NCBI GenBank assembly: GCA_965224705.1
Contig: OZ245056.1
Span: forward strand, 480,001 to 544,000
DNA length: 64,000 nucleotides
Direction: 5' to 3'
From: Spirochaetaceae bacterium
GTDB taxonomy: Bacteria > Spirochaetota > Spirochaetia > DSM-2461
Below are positions 10,654 through 21,455 of the stretch, in pieces. The notes below the pieces were generated by a model, which searched no databases, was not told the DNA's origin, and was given only the letters and a program-made list of their open reading frames with translations. Within the stretch, counting starts at the first letter, position 1; every line of letters begins with the position of its first letter. The translations under genes and the position numbers were made by a program.

Positions 10654-12575
10654 CTTATACCCCCCTCCCCCTTGCTGTTATTCTGTTTCTAGCCATTGTA
10701 GCCATCGTCTTACTCATTTCCATCTACTTCTCACGAAAAACAAGTACCTCTAAAGGGTATTTCGCTGCAGGAGGAACCATACCCTGGACAGTGAATGGAA
10801 TTGCCTTTGCTGGAGATTATCTATCAGCGGCAAGTTTCCTTGGAATCTGCGGATTGATTGCCACAGTAGGATTCGATGGTTTTCTCTATTCCATCGGCTA
10901 TCTGGCCGGCTGGGTCGTGGCATTGTTCGTGGTTGCCGAACCCATGAAAAAACTGGGCCGATATACCTTTGCCGATGCTCTGGATGCAAAATTTCAATCA
11001 AAGGGTATTCAACTGACGGCCGGTATCAGCACTCTCATCGTCTCCATTTTCTATCTCATCCCCCAGATGGTAGGAGCCGGAGCTCTCGTTACCCCCCTGT
11101 TGGGACTACCTCACTGGGCTGGTGTTGTAATCGTGGGAAGCATAGTCACCTTCATTGTAGCCACAGCCGGGATGCAGTCCACAACCTACGTCCAGTTTAT
11201 CAAAGGCTCCCTGCTTATCATATTCTCACTTGTACTCACCGTCATTTTATTGGTCAATGGACTGGATACTGACCCGGATTATGAGCGATTCAAAAAACCT
11301 GAAGAAATAAGTGTTGAAATGAACGGCAGCCTTGTCCGCCATGTCAGCGAAGGATTCACTCTCATTGATCAGATAGAGTCAGGGGAATACACCCTTGTTG
11401 CCCTGGAAAAGGATAATAGACAAACATGGTGGAGCCTTGATACAGAATCATCGGTACCCGTACTCAAAGAAGCACTGTCCAGGACGAAGAAATCCGATGG
11501 TTCCATACTCTACAACGGTGCCCCCAAAACCGATGAGAAGTTCTACTCAGTGGGTAGAATGAGCCGAATCTGGATTGATGGCCGTGAGACAAATAGTACA
11601 GGACGATTGAACGTGGTTACTTATTTAAGAGCCATACAGAATGGTCATGTGATCCGTTATGCAAAGAAATCCCTTAAACTCAATGGGGACAGTATCACTA
11701 TCTGGGCACAGAATCCAACCAGTGGCGAAGAATTCATGAAACCAGGGCTGAAGTACAAAATGGGGAAGGGTTCAAGTATCTTCTCAAGACTGGATTTTGT
11801 TTCTCTGATGCTTGCCCTGTTTTTTGGAACAGCAGCTCTGCCGCACATCCTTATCAGATACTACACAGTTCCCAGTCCCAGGGATGCCCGCCGTTCGACT
11901 ATAGTAGCCATCGCTGCAATTGGTTTCTTCTACATATTGACCCTGTACTTAGGTCTGGGTGCCGCAACCAATGGTGTTCTCGATGTAGAATCCAGCAATA
12001 TGGCCGCTCCACTGCTGGCCAAAAGCTTCGGGACTCTTCTGTTTGCAATAATTTCTGCCATTGCCTTCGCCACCGTACTTGGTACTGTAAGCGGACTCAT
12101 AGTCGCATCCTCCGGTGCCGTGGCCCACGACTTGATATCCCAGTATGCGAATGTGCGATTCTCCGATCAGGGCAAAGTTCGCGCTGGAAAGATTGCAGCT
12201 GTCATTGTTGGAATTGTCGCAATACTTCTTGGAATTCTATTCAAAGGGATGAATGTCAGTTTCCTGGTCGGCTGGGCTTTTGCGGTAGCCGCTTCCGCCA
12301 ATCTTCCCTCGATTATGATGATGCTGTTCTGGACAAAAACGACCGCCAGAGGCATTACGGCATCCGTACTCATCGGCATGACCTCCTCCATGCTCCTCAT
12401 CCTGATTTCGCCGAGTATGTTTGAACGCTATGGACTGGATGCTGCCATGGCCCCCATTCCATTTGACAATCCCGGGATAATCTCAATTCCCCTGAGCTTC
12501 CTGACCATTGTCATCGTTTCATTCCTTACTCAGAGAAATGATATTGCAGAAGTCGGCATGGTTATCGAATCCTGA
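10650..12575 (+). CDS. actP: Cation/acetate symporter, SSS family
   Basis: AGDYLSAASFLG, GTAALPHILIRYYTVP, AFAVAASANLP motifs. Confidence 0.88.
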   Translation: MTYTPLPLAVILFLAIVAIVLLISIYFSRKTSTSKGYFAAGGTIPWTVNGIAFAGDYLSAASFLGICGLIATVGFDGFLYSIGYLAGWVVALFVVAEPMKKLGRYTFADALDAKFQSKGIQLTAGISTLIVSIFYLIPQMVGAGALVTPLLGLPHWAGVVIVGSIVTFIVATAGMQSTTYVQFIKGSLLIIFSLVLTVILLVNGLDTDPDYERFKKPEEISVEMNGSLVRHVSEGFTLIDQIESGEYTLVALEKDNRQTWWSLDTESSVPVLKEALSRTKKSDGSILYNGAPKTDEKFYSVGRMSRIWIDGRETNSTGRLNVVTYLRAIQNGHVIRYAKKSLKLNGDSITIWAQNPTSGEEFMKPGLKYKMGKGSSIFSRLDFVSLMLALFFGTAALPHILIRYYTVPSPRDARRSTIVAIAAIGFFYILTLYLGLGAATNGVLDVESSNMAAPLLAKSFGTLLFAIISAIAFATVLGTVSGLIVASSGAVAHDLISQYANVRFSDQGKVRAGKIAAVIVGIVAILLGILFKGMNVSFLVGWAFAVAASANLPSIMMMLFWTKTTARGITASVLIGMTSSMLLILISPSMFERYGLDAAMAPIPFDNPGIISIPLSFLTIVIVSFLTQRNDIAEVGMVIES

Positions 12576-12595
12576 CACGGCCCATCCAGGAGTGA

Positions 12596-13825
12596 TTGCA
12601 CATGAGAGTTTTCGTACTGGTTATTGACAGCTTCGGTATTGGAGCTCTGCCTGATGCGGCAAAGTATGGTGATACCGGGGCCAATACGGCCGTGGGAATT
12701 GGTAAGGCTGTTGGAGGGGTAAACTGGCCGAATCTCCAATCCTGGGGATTGGGCAATGCGGCCAGCCTCGTAGACCGGCCTGTCGCTGGATGTCCCCCTG
12801 TTCCCTGTACAGGCAGCCAGTTCGGGGGGATGCGAGAGAAGTCTCCAGGAAAGGATACAACCACAGGGCATTGGGAACTGGCTGGAATCGAATTGGAGGA
12901 ACCCTTTCACAACTTTCCGGAGGAGTTCCCCTCATTCCCCGATGCATTGATTCGGGATTTTGTGGCCGAAACGGGTGTGTCGGGCATACTTGGCAACAAG
13001 GCCGCTTCGGGAACAGTCATCATTGAAGAATTGGGTGAGGAACATTTACGCACTGGCAAGCCAATCTGCTATACATCGGCCGACTCAGTTTTTCAGATTG
13101 CTGCTCATGTTGATGTATTCCCCAAAGATGAATTGTATCGTCTGTGCGAGATTGCCCGCCGCCTGTGTGATCCATATCAGGTGGGCCGAACAATCGCCCG
13201 TCCATTTGAAGGCAAACCGGGTAGTTTTTCAAGAACGAAGGACAGACATGACTGGTCCATTGATCTTCCGAATAAATCCTTACTTGATTTCCTCCACGAA
13301 GAGGGAGTTCAGACCGTTGGCGTGGGGAAAATCGGATCGATTTTCAACGAGCAGGGAATTGAGATATCATATCACGATGCGGGAAACCCCGCCTGTCTGG
13401 AGCGGGTAATCTCCATCGCCGGAGAAAAATCCTCAAGGGATCAATTTGTGTTCGTCAACCTGGTGGACACTGATATGATATATGGCCATCGCCGTGATCC
13501 TCAGGGCTACCATGATGCTGTGGCTGCCATCGACAGTGCTCTGCCCCTCATTACTCAGAAACTGGACAGAGATGATTTCATCATCATCACAGCCGATCAT
13601 GGTTGTGATCCCACGTTCAAGGGAACCGATCATACTCGGGAACATGTACCGATACTGGTGAATAGAATTGCGTCTCCACCACAGCAGGCCGACGATAACT
13701 CCCTGGGAATACGGGAGGGTTTTTCCGATCTCTCGGCTTCCATTCAACACATGTTTGGGAAGGAAATCAAAGGTCCCGGAACATCATTTTTCAGGGCTGA
13801 ACGCAGCAGTACCGAGAGTTTGTAA
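12596..13825 (+). CDS. deoB: Phosphopentomutase
   Basis: DSFGIGA, GKDTTTGHWE, YTSADSVFQIAAH, GHRRD, ADHGCDP, DHTRE. Confidence 0.95.
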   Translation: MHMRVFVLVIDSFGIGALPDAAKYGDTGANTAVGIGKAVGGVNWPNLQSWGLGNAASLVDRPVAGCPPVPCTGSQFGGMREKSPGKDTTTGHWELAGIELEEPFHNFPEEFPSFPDALIRDFVAETGVSGILGNKAASGTVIIEELGEEHLRTGKPICYTSADSVFQIAAHVDVFPKDELYRLCEIARRLCDPYQVGRTIARPFEGKPGSFSRTKDRHDWSIDLPNKSLLDFLHEEGVQTVGVGKIGSIFNEQGIEISYHDAGNPACLERVISIAGEKSSRDQFVFVNLVDTDMIYGHRRDPQGYHDAVAAIDSALPLITQKLDRDDFIIITADHGCDPTFKGTDHTREHVPILVNRIASPPQQADDNSLGIREGFSDLSASIQHMFGKEIKGPGTSFFRAERSSTESL

Positions 13826-14233
13826 TAGCCTGTTTAATAGCTCAGTATTGATTGATAATTCAGATTTAAGCTGACACTTCTTCAAAATCTAATGAAGTCA
13901 AGATCTTCAGACTGTTGTGTGGAATAGGTTTCATGTCTCAATGCAGCCGGGCAAATCCCCTACAGGGTACGGTCGCAGGAGAATAGGCATTAATGATGAA
14001 GGCATTCGCACACTGATTTGCTCAACGCATCAATGGCTGGAAATTCTTCAAAAACCGTTATTCTCTTCCATTCGAGAGAGCTGAAGTTGATGCCCTGTTC
14101 CACACGATACCCTGAAGAACCGATTTATCACAGATTTCGTCAGGGTCAGCATAATGACCGAAGATGTATTTCACACTCACTTTTTCTTGCTCATGGCCGA
14201 ACAAACTTGAGGCTGATCGGCTAACCATCTTTC

Positions 14234-14881
14234 CTAAAACCACTGTGAAATTCCGATATAAACCAGAGACAGTGCAAGTAGAATGCTAATAATTCGTAGA
14301 GAGAGGGGGTTTTTGAAGACCGAGGATATGAACACTCCGCCCAGAGTCCAGGTCAGGGCGGAACAGGTACTGACGAGCATGATTATTGACTGAGAGTACA
14401 GCACCGTGGAGACTGTCCGCGAAGCCGGGAGGGACCCCAGAGCACTCAGGGCGAAAAACCAGGCCTTAATGTTGATCCACTGAAAGAAAAAGGCCGCCCA
14501 GAACCCCAGAGGCTTGTATTGTTTTTTCCCCTGGGGTCCGCCATCGCCGCCATCAGGATCGGCGGAATCGGAGGTATGGTCTTCGTCCTTCCCCTTCGCT
14601 GGAAGGGTTAGCCTGATCATTCGGTACGCCAGATAGGCAAAATACACGGAGCCGATGCTTTTAATGATTACATCAAACAAGGAGAAACGAGTGATGAGGG
14701 CGTAAATCCCCATGTTGATACAGAAGAACAAAAAACTGAATCCCGCCACAATTCCCGCGATATGACGGCGTGTTTCTGCCAGACCGAAGTATATTCCGGA
14801 TTGCATGAGCATACTGTTGTTGGGTCCGGGGGTGAAGGCCGCGATGACGGAAAGAATCAAAAACTTCCATAGATACGTCAT
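14234..14881 (-). CDS. LysE family amino-acid exporter
   Basis: TPGPNN motif, FQWINIKAW, multiple TM helices. Confidence 0.85.
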   Translation of the reverse strand: MTYLWKFLILSVIAAFTPGPNNSMLMQSGIYFGLAETRRHIAGIVAGFSFLFFCINMGIYALITRFSLFDVIIKSIGSVYFAYLAYRMIRLTLPAKGKDEDHTSDSADPDGGDGGPQGKKQYKPLGFWAAFFFQWINIKAWFFALSALGSLPASRTVSTVLYSQSIIMLVSTCSALTWTLGGVFISSVFKNPLSLRIISILLALSLVYIGISQWF

Positions 14882-14986
14882 GGGATTAGTATATCAGGTA
14901 ATGGAAAAAATTTTGCCTCCCAGAAGGAAATGAGATGGTGGACAAACTGAGAATTATTGAGTTATTCTACTTGGGGTGGTGGGGCC

Positions 14987-15421
14987 ATGGAAGATAAGAC
15001 GTACAAAATCATGATCCACGCTCCCAGGCGCCATGTCTGGGACATTATGCTGGGCGAGCAGACCTATCCTTTATGGATCAAAGGTTTTTCCGAGAACTCA
15101 GAAATGATCGGCGAATGGAGGCAGGGTACCGAGGTCGATTTCATCGATACCGGCAGGGGAGGCACCCGGGCGATCCTTGAGGTGGTTGAGGAGCCTGGCC
15201 GCGTTCTCGCAAGGCATATAGCCGTGTTAAATAAAGACGGGAAGCCCCAAACCAGGGGCATGGAGAACTGGATTGGAACGAGAGAAGAATACCTCCTGAA
15301 GGAAGAGAAAGGTGGCACCGCTTTGACCATCCTGATGCATTACCATCCCGACTATGAGCAAATGCTTGATGAAGGATGGGGCGTGTCTTTACAATTACTC
15401 AAAGAGCTCTGTGAACGATAG
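14987..15421 (+). CDS. SRPBCC/AHSA1-like domain protein
   Basis: IHAPRRHVW..., terminal GW..SLQLLKELCE helix. Confidence 0.75.
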   Translation: MEDKTYKIMIHAPRRHVWDIMLGEQTYPLWIKGFSENSEMIGEWRQGTEVDFIDTGRGGTRAILEVVEEPGRVLARHIAVLNKDGKPQTRGMENWIGTREEYLLKEEKGGTALTILMHYHPDYEQMLDEGWGVSLQLLKELCER

Positions 15422-15565
15422 AGATTCCCCATCTACCATCCACGCAGAAAACACATCCCTCCACAACCTGTGAAAAACCAGGAGAATTTCATCCGAATTT
15501 CATCCGGTAGATCAAGAACTTGATTTAATCAGAAAAAGATGTGTATTTAATATCCAGAGAAGAGA

Positions 15566-15700
15566 ATGATAAGTAGTTATATCGTTGATAATTCTGAACT
15601 TAATGCTGATTTTATCGAAGGGTTAAAGAAAGCGTATTCCAATGAAGAATAGAGTTGATTCTTTACGAAGATCAGGATGAAACCAGGTATTTACAATGTT
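15566..15700 (+). pseudogene. Frameshifted remnant of a small antitoxin-like protein
   Basis: MISSYIVDNSELNADFIEGLKKAYS continues after a frameshift as RIELILYEDQDETRYL; family resemblance only. Confidence 0.3.
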
Positions 15701-15731
15701 GAACCTGGGGTAAGAATTCTTTTCAGTCGGA

Positions 15732-17495
15732 TTATGCCTCGCAATACAGGGACAATTCCTTCCCTCGAAAGCCAATCCCCAGAACCAACAATTCCTTCGG
15801 ATGCCATTTCTCCTTAACCCCGTCAAGGTATCCCTCCACCGCCTGGGCATAAGCGGCCTGGGCCAAGGCTTCCAGCGAGGTATCAGCAGAGGTGTTTCCC
15901 TGCTTAAACTCGAACACAAAAGCCTCTTCGGCCCGGGTAGGATCGCTTCCCTTTCTGACCACCACAATGTCCGAACGGCCTCTCCCGTACTCCCGGTTGC
16001 TGTCCACGGTATAAGACGAACCAAGATAGGCCAGAAGACCCAGCACCAGGCCGTGGTAGAAGTTTTCCCGTCTGTCCTCCTCGTCCCGTGCACTATCGTA
16101 ATAACTGGCCAGGCCAAACAGGATTCGCCTCAGGCCCCGTTCAATCAGCCTGGGATTGGCTTCTCTGATGCCGCCGACAAAGTCTATAAAATCATCGTTG
16201 ACGGACAGATCCTCCTTCAGCCAGCTCCGCACCACGGTCTCCCAGGCCGTCTCCACTTCCAGGTTGGGAATGGAAAGCCTCCATGTGATATGCGTGTGTT
16301 CCTGCTGCCTTTCGGAGGCCTTGAGATAGCCGCTGTGGAGAAGAAAACTCCATACAACATCCGGATCGTTTTCTATCTGGGTGTAGGGAATGTTGGTTAA
16401 GAGCGGCTTGCGCACTTCCTCTTTCCGCAGGAGTTTTTCTGTTGTCATTATCGCATCCCGGCGCTTTAATTTGATGACTTCCTTGACGAGTCTGTTGTCG
16501 CTGGTGCTTATCCAGTGGGGGCGCAGTCCGGCTTTGGGACGACTAAGAAAACTGACGATGCTCCAGGGATTGTAGATGACGGTTTCCCTGCCGAAGAGGT
16601 AGCCGTTGTACCACTGTTTTATGCCGTCCATGGTGCTTTCCAGACCAAAGTGAGCGGCCATGGTTTCCACCTCGGATTCTGTGAACCCGAATGTGTCTTC
16701 AATTTCCGGATCCAGCAATGTGCTTACTCTGGGATTGTTGAAATCGCTGAATATGCTCTCCTGGGCGATTTTCAGTATGCCGATAAGCACAGCCTGCTTC
16801 AGATGGGGGTTGTCCTTGAAGCTTTGCACCATGAAGCTGCGGACGAAGGCGATCATCTCGTCGTAGTACCTATCCACATGGGCCGAATGCAGGGGTGTGT
16901 CGTACTCGTCCAGAAGGATGTATGGAGGTTTGCCGTAGGCGCGGTGAAGCCAGGCGGAGAGGTATTTGAGTGACTTTTCAAAATCGTCTTCCCCGGCTTC
17001 TTTTTGAAGGATTCTCTTGAAGAAGGACTTCTCATGTGCTGAAATGCAGTCGTATTCCAGCAAGTAACCATGGCGGATAAATTCATCCGAGATGACATCT
17101 TTGATGAAATTCAGACTTTTTTCAAATGTTGATTTCTTCACATCCTTGAAACTGATGTGGATGACCGGATACTGCCCCATGAACTCGGCACAGCGCGGAT
17201 GGGAGGCGATGAGACGGTCTTTGAACAAATAGGCATTGGATGGAAGAGCCTGGCGTAGGCGAAGTCGGGCAAGCCATTTTGGCCCCTTTCGTTCTTTCGG
17301 CGAAGATGGAGCCTCCATGAAGTAGCGGATCATGCTCAGGTTCAGGGTTTTGCCGAATCGGCGGGGACGGGTTATAAGATGGACTTCGCAGGGATTATCA
17401 ATAAGGTAACGGATAAGATGGGTCTTATCGACAAAGTAGCAGCCCTCGTCGATAAATTTTTTGAAATCCGATATGCCCAGGTGCAAGGTTTGCAT
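15732..17495 (-). CDS. AAA-ATPase-like + PD-(D/E)XK nuclease (PDDEXK_9-type) protein
   Basis: RPRRFGKT Walker A, LLDEYD Walker B, YNPWS, SNREYGRGRSD...FEFK. Confidence 0.9.
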   Translation of the reverse strand: MQTLHLGISDFKKFIDEGCYFVDKTHLIRYLIDNPCEVHLITRPRRFGKTLNLSMIRYFMEAPSSPKERKGPKWLARLRLRQALPSNAYLFKDRLIASHPRCAEFMGQYPVIHISFKDVKKSTFEKSLNFIKDVISDEFIRHGYLLEYDCISAHEKSFFKRILQKEAGEDDFEKSLKYLSAWLHRAYGKPPYILLDEYDTPLHSAHVDRYYDEMIAFVRSFMVQSFKDNPHLKQAVLIGILKIAQESIFSDFNNPRVSTLLDPEIEDTFGFTESEVETMAAHFGLESTMDGIKQWYNGYLFGRETVIYNPWSIVSFLSRPKAGLRPHWISTSDNRLVKEVIKLKRRDAIMTTEKLLRKEEVRKPLLTNIPYTQIENDPDVVWSFLLHSGYLKASERQQEHTHITWRLSIPNLEVETAWETVVRSWLKEDLSVNDDFIDFVGGIREANPRLIERGLRRILFGLASYYDSARDEEDRRENFYHGLVLGLLAYLGSSYTVDSNREYGRGRSDIVVVRKGSDPTRAEEAFVFEFKQGNTSADTSLEALAQAAYAQAVEGYLDGVKEKWHPKELLVLGIGFRGKELSLYCEA

Positions 17496-17589
17496 AATTT
17501 TGCATTATAGCGGAATGCTATGGGGAATGGAAGCAAGAGCGAAAGTTCGATAAGGGTAACTTAAAATGGACTGGAAAATGCTCCCGCCT

Positions 17590-17890
17590 GAGAGTTTGCC
17601 GGACTCTAAGAATTCGAAGCGATTTTTATGATTTTTCCTGATGCAAGGCGACCTGTCCGCCGACAGGCGGGCAAAAACTTAAGCGCGGCTGGGCTGCGGG
17701 AATACTATGAGTCTGTCGGACTTTAAGACTTCGAGGCGATTTTTGATGATTTTTTTCCGATACAAGGCGGCAAAAGCGGAGCGTAGCTGGGCTCCGTGAG
17801 CATTTTGACAACGCGGTAGCGGGAAAAAAGGGCAAAAATCGAGCCGTGAGGCGTAAGTCCGACAGACTCCTATGGCAACGCAGCAGGAAA
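17590..17890. mobile_element. Nested MITE family A (younger copy 17708-17870 inside an older copy)
   Basis: The outer degenerate copy resumes (tggcaacgcagcag) after the inner copy; TA duplicated at 17706-07 and 17871-72. Confidence 0.85.
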
Positions 17891-18028
17891 CAGGGTGATT
17901 GTTGTTCCAAAAAAAGCATTCTCTTCGTGCACTCTTAAAAACCGCTGTCTTTTCATCATCTTACCGGTTTTTGACAGGTTGTGGGGGATAGTATTCTCTT
18001 AAGTGAATGGTAAATGGGGAACTTCTAA

Positions 18029-18242
18029 CAGGGCAATCGCATCTAATTCTATCCCAAAAAAATGAAAAACACTAATTTTTGGGGGAACGAATGGAGTTTC
18101 CTTCAATAGGAGGAATTTGTCAACTTTTTGTTATCGTTGTGATGTGAATAATTACCTTGAACACTCTGCGCTCTCTGCGTCCTCTGCGGTTAAGAATCAT
18201 GAATAAGGCTTTCATAAGTGGATTTTAGATGCGATTGCCCTG
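18029..18242. mobile_element. MITE with 18-bp TIR and 10-bp TSD (IS4-like signature)
   Basis: cagggcaatcgcatctaa / ttagatgcgattgccctg; direct repeat gaacttctaa at 18019-18028 and 18243-18252. Confidence 0.88.
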
Positions 18243-18261
18243 GAACTTCTAAAGAAATAGC

Positions 18262-18291
18262 TTGACACAGGAATAACTCTTAGTCTATGGT
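18262..18291 (+). promoter_or_regulatory. Sigma70-like promoter of ABC operon
   Basis: TTGACA-18-TATGGT. Confidence 0.5.
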
Positions 18292-18345
18292 AGAGCATCA
18301 CCAGCAATAAATATGTTCGGTGCACACAATCTATAAGGAGTAGAT

Positions 18346-19638
18346 ATGAAGAAATTCTTGTTAATGATAATCATGATTACAGTGGCGGCCCTTGTTTTCG
18401 CCACGGGCTCTGACGAATCTTCGGCGGAGGCGCCGGAATCCTTTGAAGGGATGACTCTGTCGATTATCACCTTCACCGGAGAGTTCAAAGATCAGAAAAT
18501 CGTCGCCGATTTTGAAGAACGAACGGGAGCGAAGGTTGATTTACAGATCGTGCCGCTCGCCGATTACGAGGCCAAGGTCAGACCCCTTCTGGCAACTGGT
18601 AAAAACGTTCCAGACATCTTTGTCGGTGAGGCCGCCTATGTCCGGCAATTTGTCGAAGCCGGCTACTGGACCAACTTGAGTGAAGCGCCCTTCAATGCGG
18701 ATACCAGCGAAATGTTTCCTTATGCCGCGGAGATGGGAACCAACGCCGACGGAAATGTCGTTGCCCTGACATGGCAGACGACACCGGGGGGATGGTTCTA
18801 TCGGCGAAGCCTGGCAAAAGAATACTTCGGCACGGATGACCCTGTGGAAATCGGCAAGTTGTTCAAGGATTGGGACAGTGTGCTTAAGGCGGCCGAGACA
18901 CTCCACAGCAAAAGCGGCGGTGAGGTAAAGATGTTCCCCGGAATCGGCGAGACCATTTACCGGATATTTTATTCCCCCAGGACCATACCATGGATTAACA
19001 GAAATAATGAGTTTGCGATTGACCCTCAGCTCCTGGACTACATGAAAATAGCCAAAAAGATCCGTGATTCCGGCTACGACGCGAAACTCGATGACTGGGC
19101 AGGTCCATGGTTCGAGGCGATGAATACCGTACCCGGAGAAGCCAGGGTATTCCTCTACGGCTGGCCGACCTGGGGTCTGCAGTTTGTCATGAATGGCCAG
19201 ACCAACAGTGTTGGAGACTGGGCTGTTACCGCTCCTCCTGAACCCTTCTTCTGGGGAGGAACCTGGGTTGGAATCTACAAAGACAGCCCCAACAAGGCGC
19301 TAAGCTGGGAATTTATCAAGATGCTGACCCAGGACACCCAGTGGATGGAACAATATGCGCTGCGTGCGGGAGAGTTCATGTCCAACAGGGTTGTCATGGA
19401 AAAGATCAAAGACGACTACTCCTCTGAAACCCTCGGTGGACAAAATCACTTCCAGTACTTTTACGAACAGACGCCCTTCATCGACGGATCGGCAATCCAG
19501 GGATATGACTATCAGATTAACTCCATATTTGCGCAGGTGATAAACGAATTTATCGATAATCAGCTAACCTTTGATGAAGCTGTGGAAGCCATGGGCAATC
19601 GAGTGAAGGAAGCTCTTCCTCAAGTCACCATCAAGTAG
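18346..19638 (+). CDS. Carbohydrate ABC transporter substrate-binding protein
   Basis: Signal peptide, PDIF, WGGTW; followed by two permeases. Confidence 0.88.
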   Translation: MKKFLLMIIMITVAALVFATGSDESSAEAPESFEGMTLSIITFTGEFKDQKIVADFEERTGAKVDLQIVPLADYEAKVRPLLATGKNVPDIFVGEAAYVRQFVEAGYWTNLSEAPFNADTSEMFPYAAEMGTNADGNVVALTWQTTPGGWFYRRSLAKEYFGTDDPVEIGKLFKDWDSVLKAAETLHSKSGGEVKMFPGIGETIYRIFYSPRTIPWINRNNEFAIDPQLLDYMKIAKKIRDSGYDAKLDDWAGPWFEAMNTVPGEARVFLYGWPTWGLQFVMNGQTNSVGDWAVTAPPEPFFWGGTWVGIYKDSPNKALSWEFIKMLTQDTQWMEQYALRAGEFMSNRVVMEKIKDDYSSETLGGQNHFQYFYEQTPFIDGSAIQGYDYQINSIFAQVINEFIDNQLTFDEAVEAMGNRVKEALPQVTIK

Positions 19639-19702
19639 ACTTTTGTAAGAGCCCGCCGTCGTTCTTGAAATATCAGGAGCGTCGGCGGCCTCGGAGGATC
19701 GA

Positions 19703-20602
19703 ATGAGGAAGAATCACTACGCTCGCTATGGGTATCTTTTTGTGCTGCCCTTCTTCGCCGCCTTTACCGTATTCTGGCTCTATCCGGTTATAAGCACCTT
19801 CATCACCAGCCTTACTGATGAAGATTTTACCCGTGCCGGTCGGTCATTCGTCGGACTGAGGAACTACATATACGAGTTAACCCATGTTGGATTCTGGCGT
19901 TCATTTATGAATACCTGGATAATATGGATACCGAATATCGTCCTTCAGCTCGGTGTGGCCCTTTTCCTTGCGGTAATCCTGACCAATATCCAGCTGCGAG
20001 TGCGGGCGGTGGGACTCTTTCGGGCAATCTTTTTCTTCCCCAACCTGGTAACGGTCGCTTCCATAGCGGTCCTGGCCTACGCTATCCTGGATTGGCAAAA
20101 TGGAGTACTGAACCAGATCGTCTTCGGTACCGGCGCAGGCGCCCAGGACAGGTATATTTTTTGGCTGAACAACCCGATTTCCGCCCGCATCTTTATTTCC
20201 CTCATGCAGACATGGATGTGGTTTGGCTACACAATGATTCTCTTTATGGCGGGTATTCAGGCGATACCCCCCAGCCTCTTTGAAGCCGCCATTGTGGACG
20301 GAGCCTCGCCGACACGAACATTCCGTTTTGTAACCTTCCCTCTTTTGAAACCTGTGATGATCTATGTGGTAATCACGTCTCTCATCGGCGGTCTCAATAT
20401 CTTCGATCTTCCCTGGATTATTACCAGAGGCCGGGGAGGGCCCGATTTAAGTCTTACCACTACGGTGGTGTACCTGTTCAACCGTGCCTTTCGGTTTTAT
20501 CAACTCGGCGCGGGAGCCGCGGTCTCGTACCTCCTCCTAGTTTTCACCGGGCTGTTTTCCTTCGTTTACCTTCGACTGATTGGCTTTGGTAAGGAGAGTT
20601 AA
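19703..20602 (+). CDS. Carbohydrate ABC permease
   Basis: EAAIVDGAS EAA motif. Confidence 0.9.
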   Translation: MRKNHYARYGYLFVLPFFAAFTVFWLYPVISTFITSLTDEDFTRAGRSFVGLRNYIYELTHVGFWRSFMNTWIIWIPNIVLQLGVALFLAVILTNIQLRVRAVGLFRAIFFFPNLVTVASIAVLAYAILDWQNGVLNQIVFGTGAGAQDRYIFWLNNPISARIFISLMQTWMWFGYTMILFMAGIQAIPPSLFEAAIVDGASPTRTFRFVTFPLLKPVMIYVVITSLIGGLNIFDLPWIITRGRGGPDLSLTTTVVYLFNRAFRFYQLGAGAAVSYLLLVFTGLFSFVYLRLIGFGKES

Positions 20603-20603
20603 G

Positions 20604-21455
20604 ATGGCAAAGTCTGGACAAAGAAGAATCAATACCACCCTTTCCCGAAGGGGGGTCCATCTCATACTGATCCTGGTGGCGTTTGCCTGCATTGTGCCTT
20701 TCTACATCATGCTGATCAACGCGACACGGACCAACGCGGACATAAGCCGGGGACCGACATTAATCCCCGGACGTGCTCTCCTGGACAACTGGAAGTCGCT
20801 GATTACCGGTGGACTAAACATCCCCCGGGCGTTTTTGAATTCCCTCATAGTGGCACTTAGCAGCACCCTGCTTGCCGCTTACTTCTCCGCGCTCACCGCC
20901 TATGGTTTTGGGATGTACAAATTCCGCGGCAAGAAGGTGCTCTTCGCCCTGATCTTGAGCGTGATTATGCTCCCTCCCACTATCATGTTGGTGGGATTGT
21001 TTAAGCTCTCACTCATACTCAACCTCTACGACACCCGACTCATCCTGATACTGCCTGCCATTGCCAGTCCCTACACGGTTTTCTTCCTGCGGCAGTATAC
21101 CCAGAGCGTAATCAGCCCCAGCCTGGTGGAGGCCGCACGAATTGATGGCTCTGGGGAGTTTTACATCTTCCATCGTATCGGATTACCCCTGATGGCTCCG
21201 GGAATTGCCACCATGTCCATCTTTTCTTTTCTATCCCAGTGGAACAGCTATCTCGTTCCCCTGACACTTCTGAATAGCCAGGAGAAGTACACCCTTCCTC
21301 TGATCATCCAGCAGCTCAACACCACCACCTATCAAAGGGATTTTGGGGCAATGTACCTGGGTGTCGCCTTGAGTGTTTTTCCGATCCTGATTGCCTTCGC
21401 TTTCCTCTCCCGCTATCTCATCGCGGGTATCACTTTTGGGGCCGTAAAGGAATAG
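20604..21455 (+). CDS. Carbohydrate ABC permease
   Basis: EAARIDGSGE motif; start at MAKSG after aggag. Confidence 0.9.
   Translation: MAKSGQRRINTTLSRRGVHLILILVAFACIVPFYIMLINATRTNADISRGPTLIPGRALLDNWKSLITGGLNIPRAFLNSLIVALSSTLLAAYFSALTAYGFGMYKFRGKKVLFALILSVIMLPPTIMLVGLFKLSLILNLYDTRLILILPAIASPYTVFFLRQYTQSVISPSLVEAARIDGSGEFYIFHRIGLPLMAPGIATMSIFSFLSQWNSYLVPLTLLNSQEKYTLPLIIQQLNTTTYQRDFGAMYLGVALSVFPILIAFAFLSRYLIAGITFGAVKE

Noticed and set aside
13880..14230. Short ORFs downstream of deoB, and similar ones at 51368-51637 and 57305-57668
   Set aside because: No recognisable motifs or translation signals; probably decayed fragments
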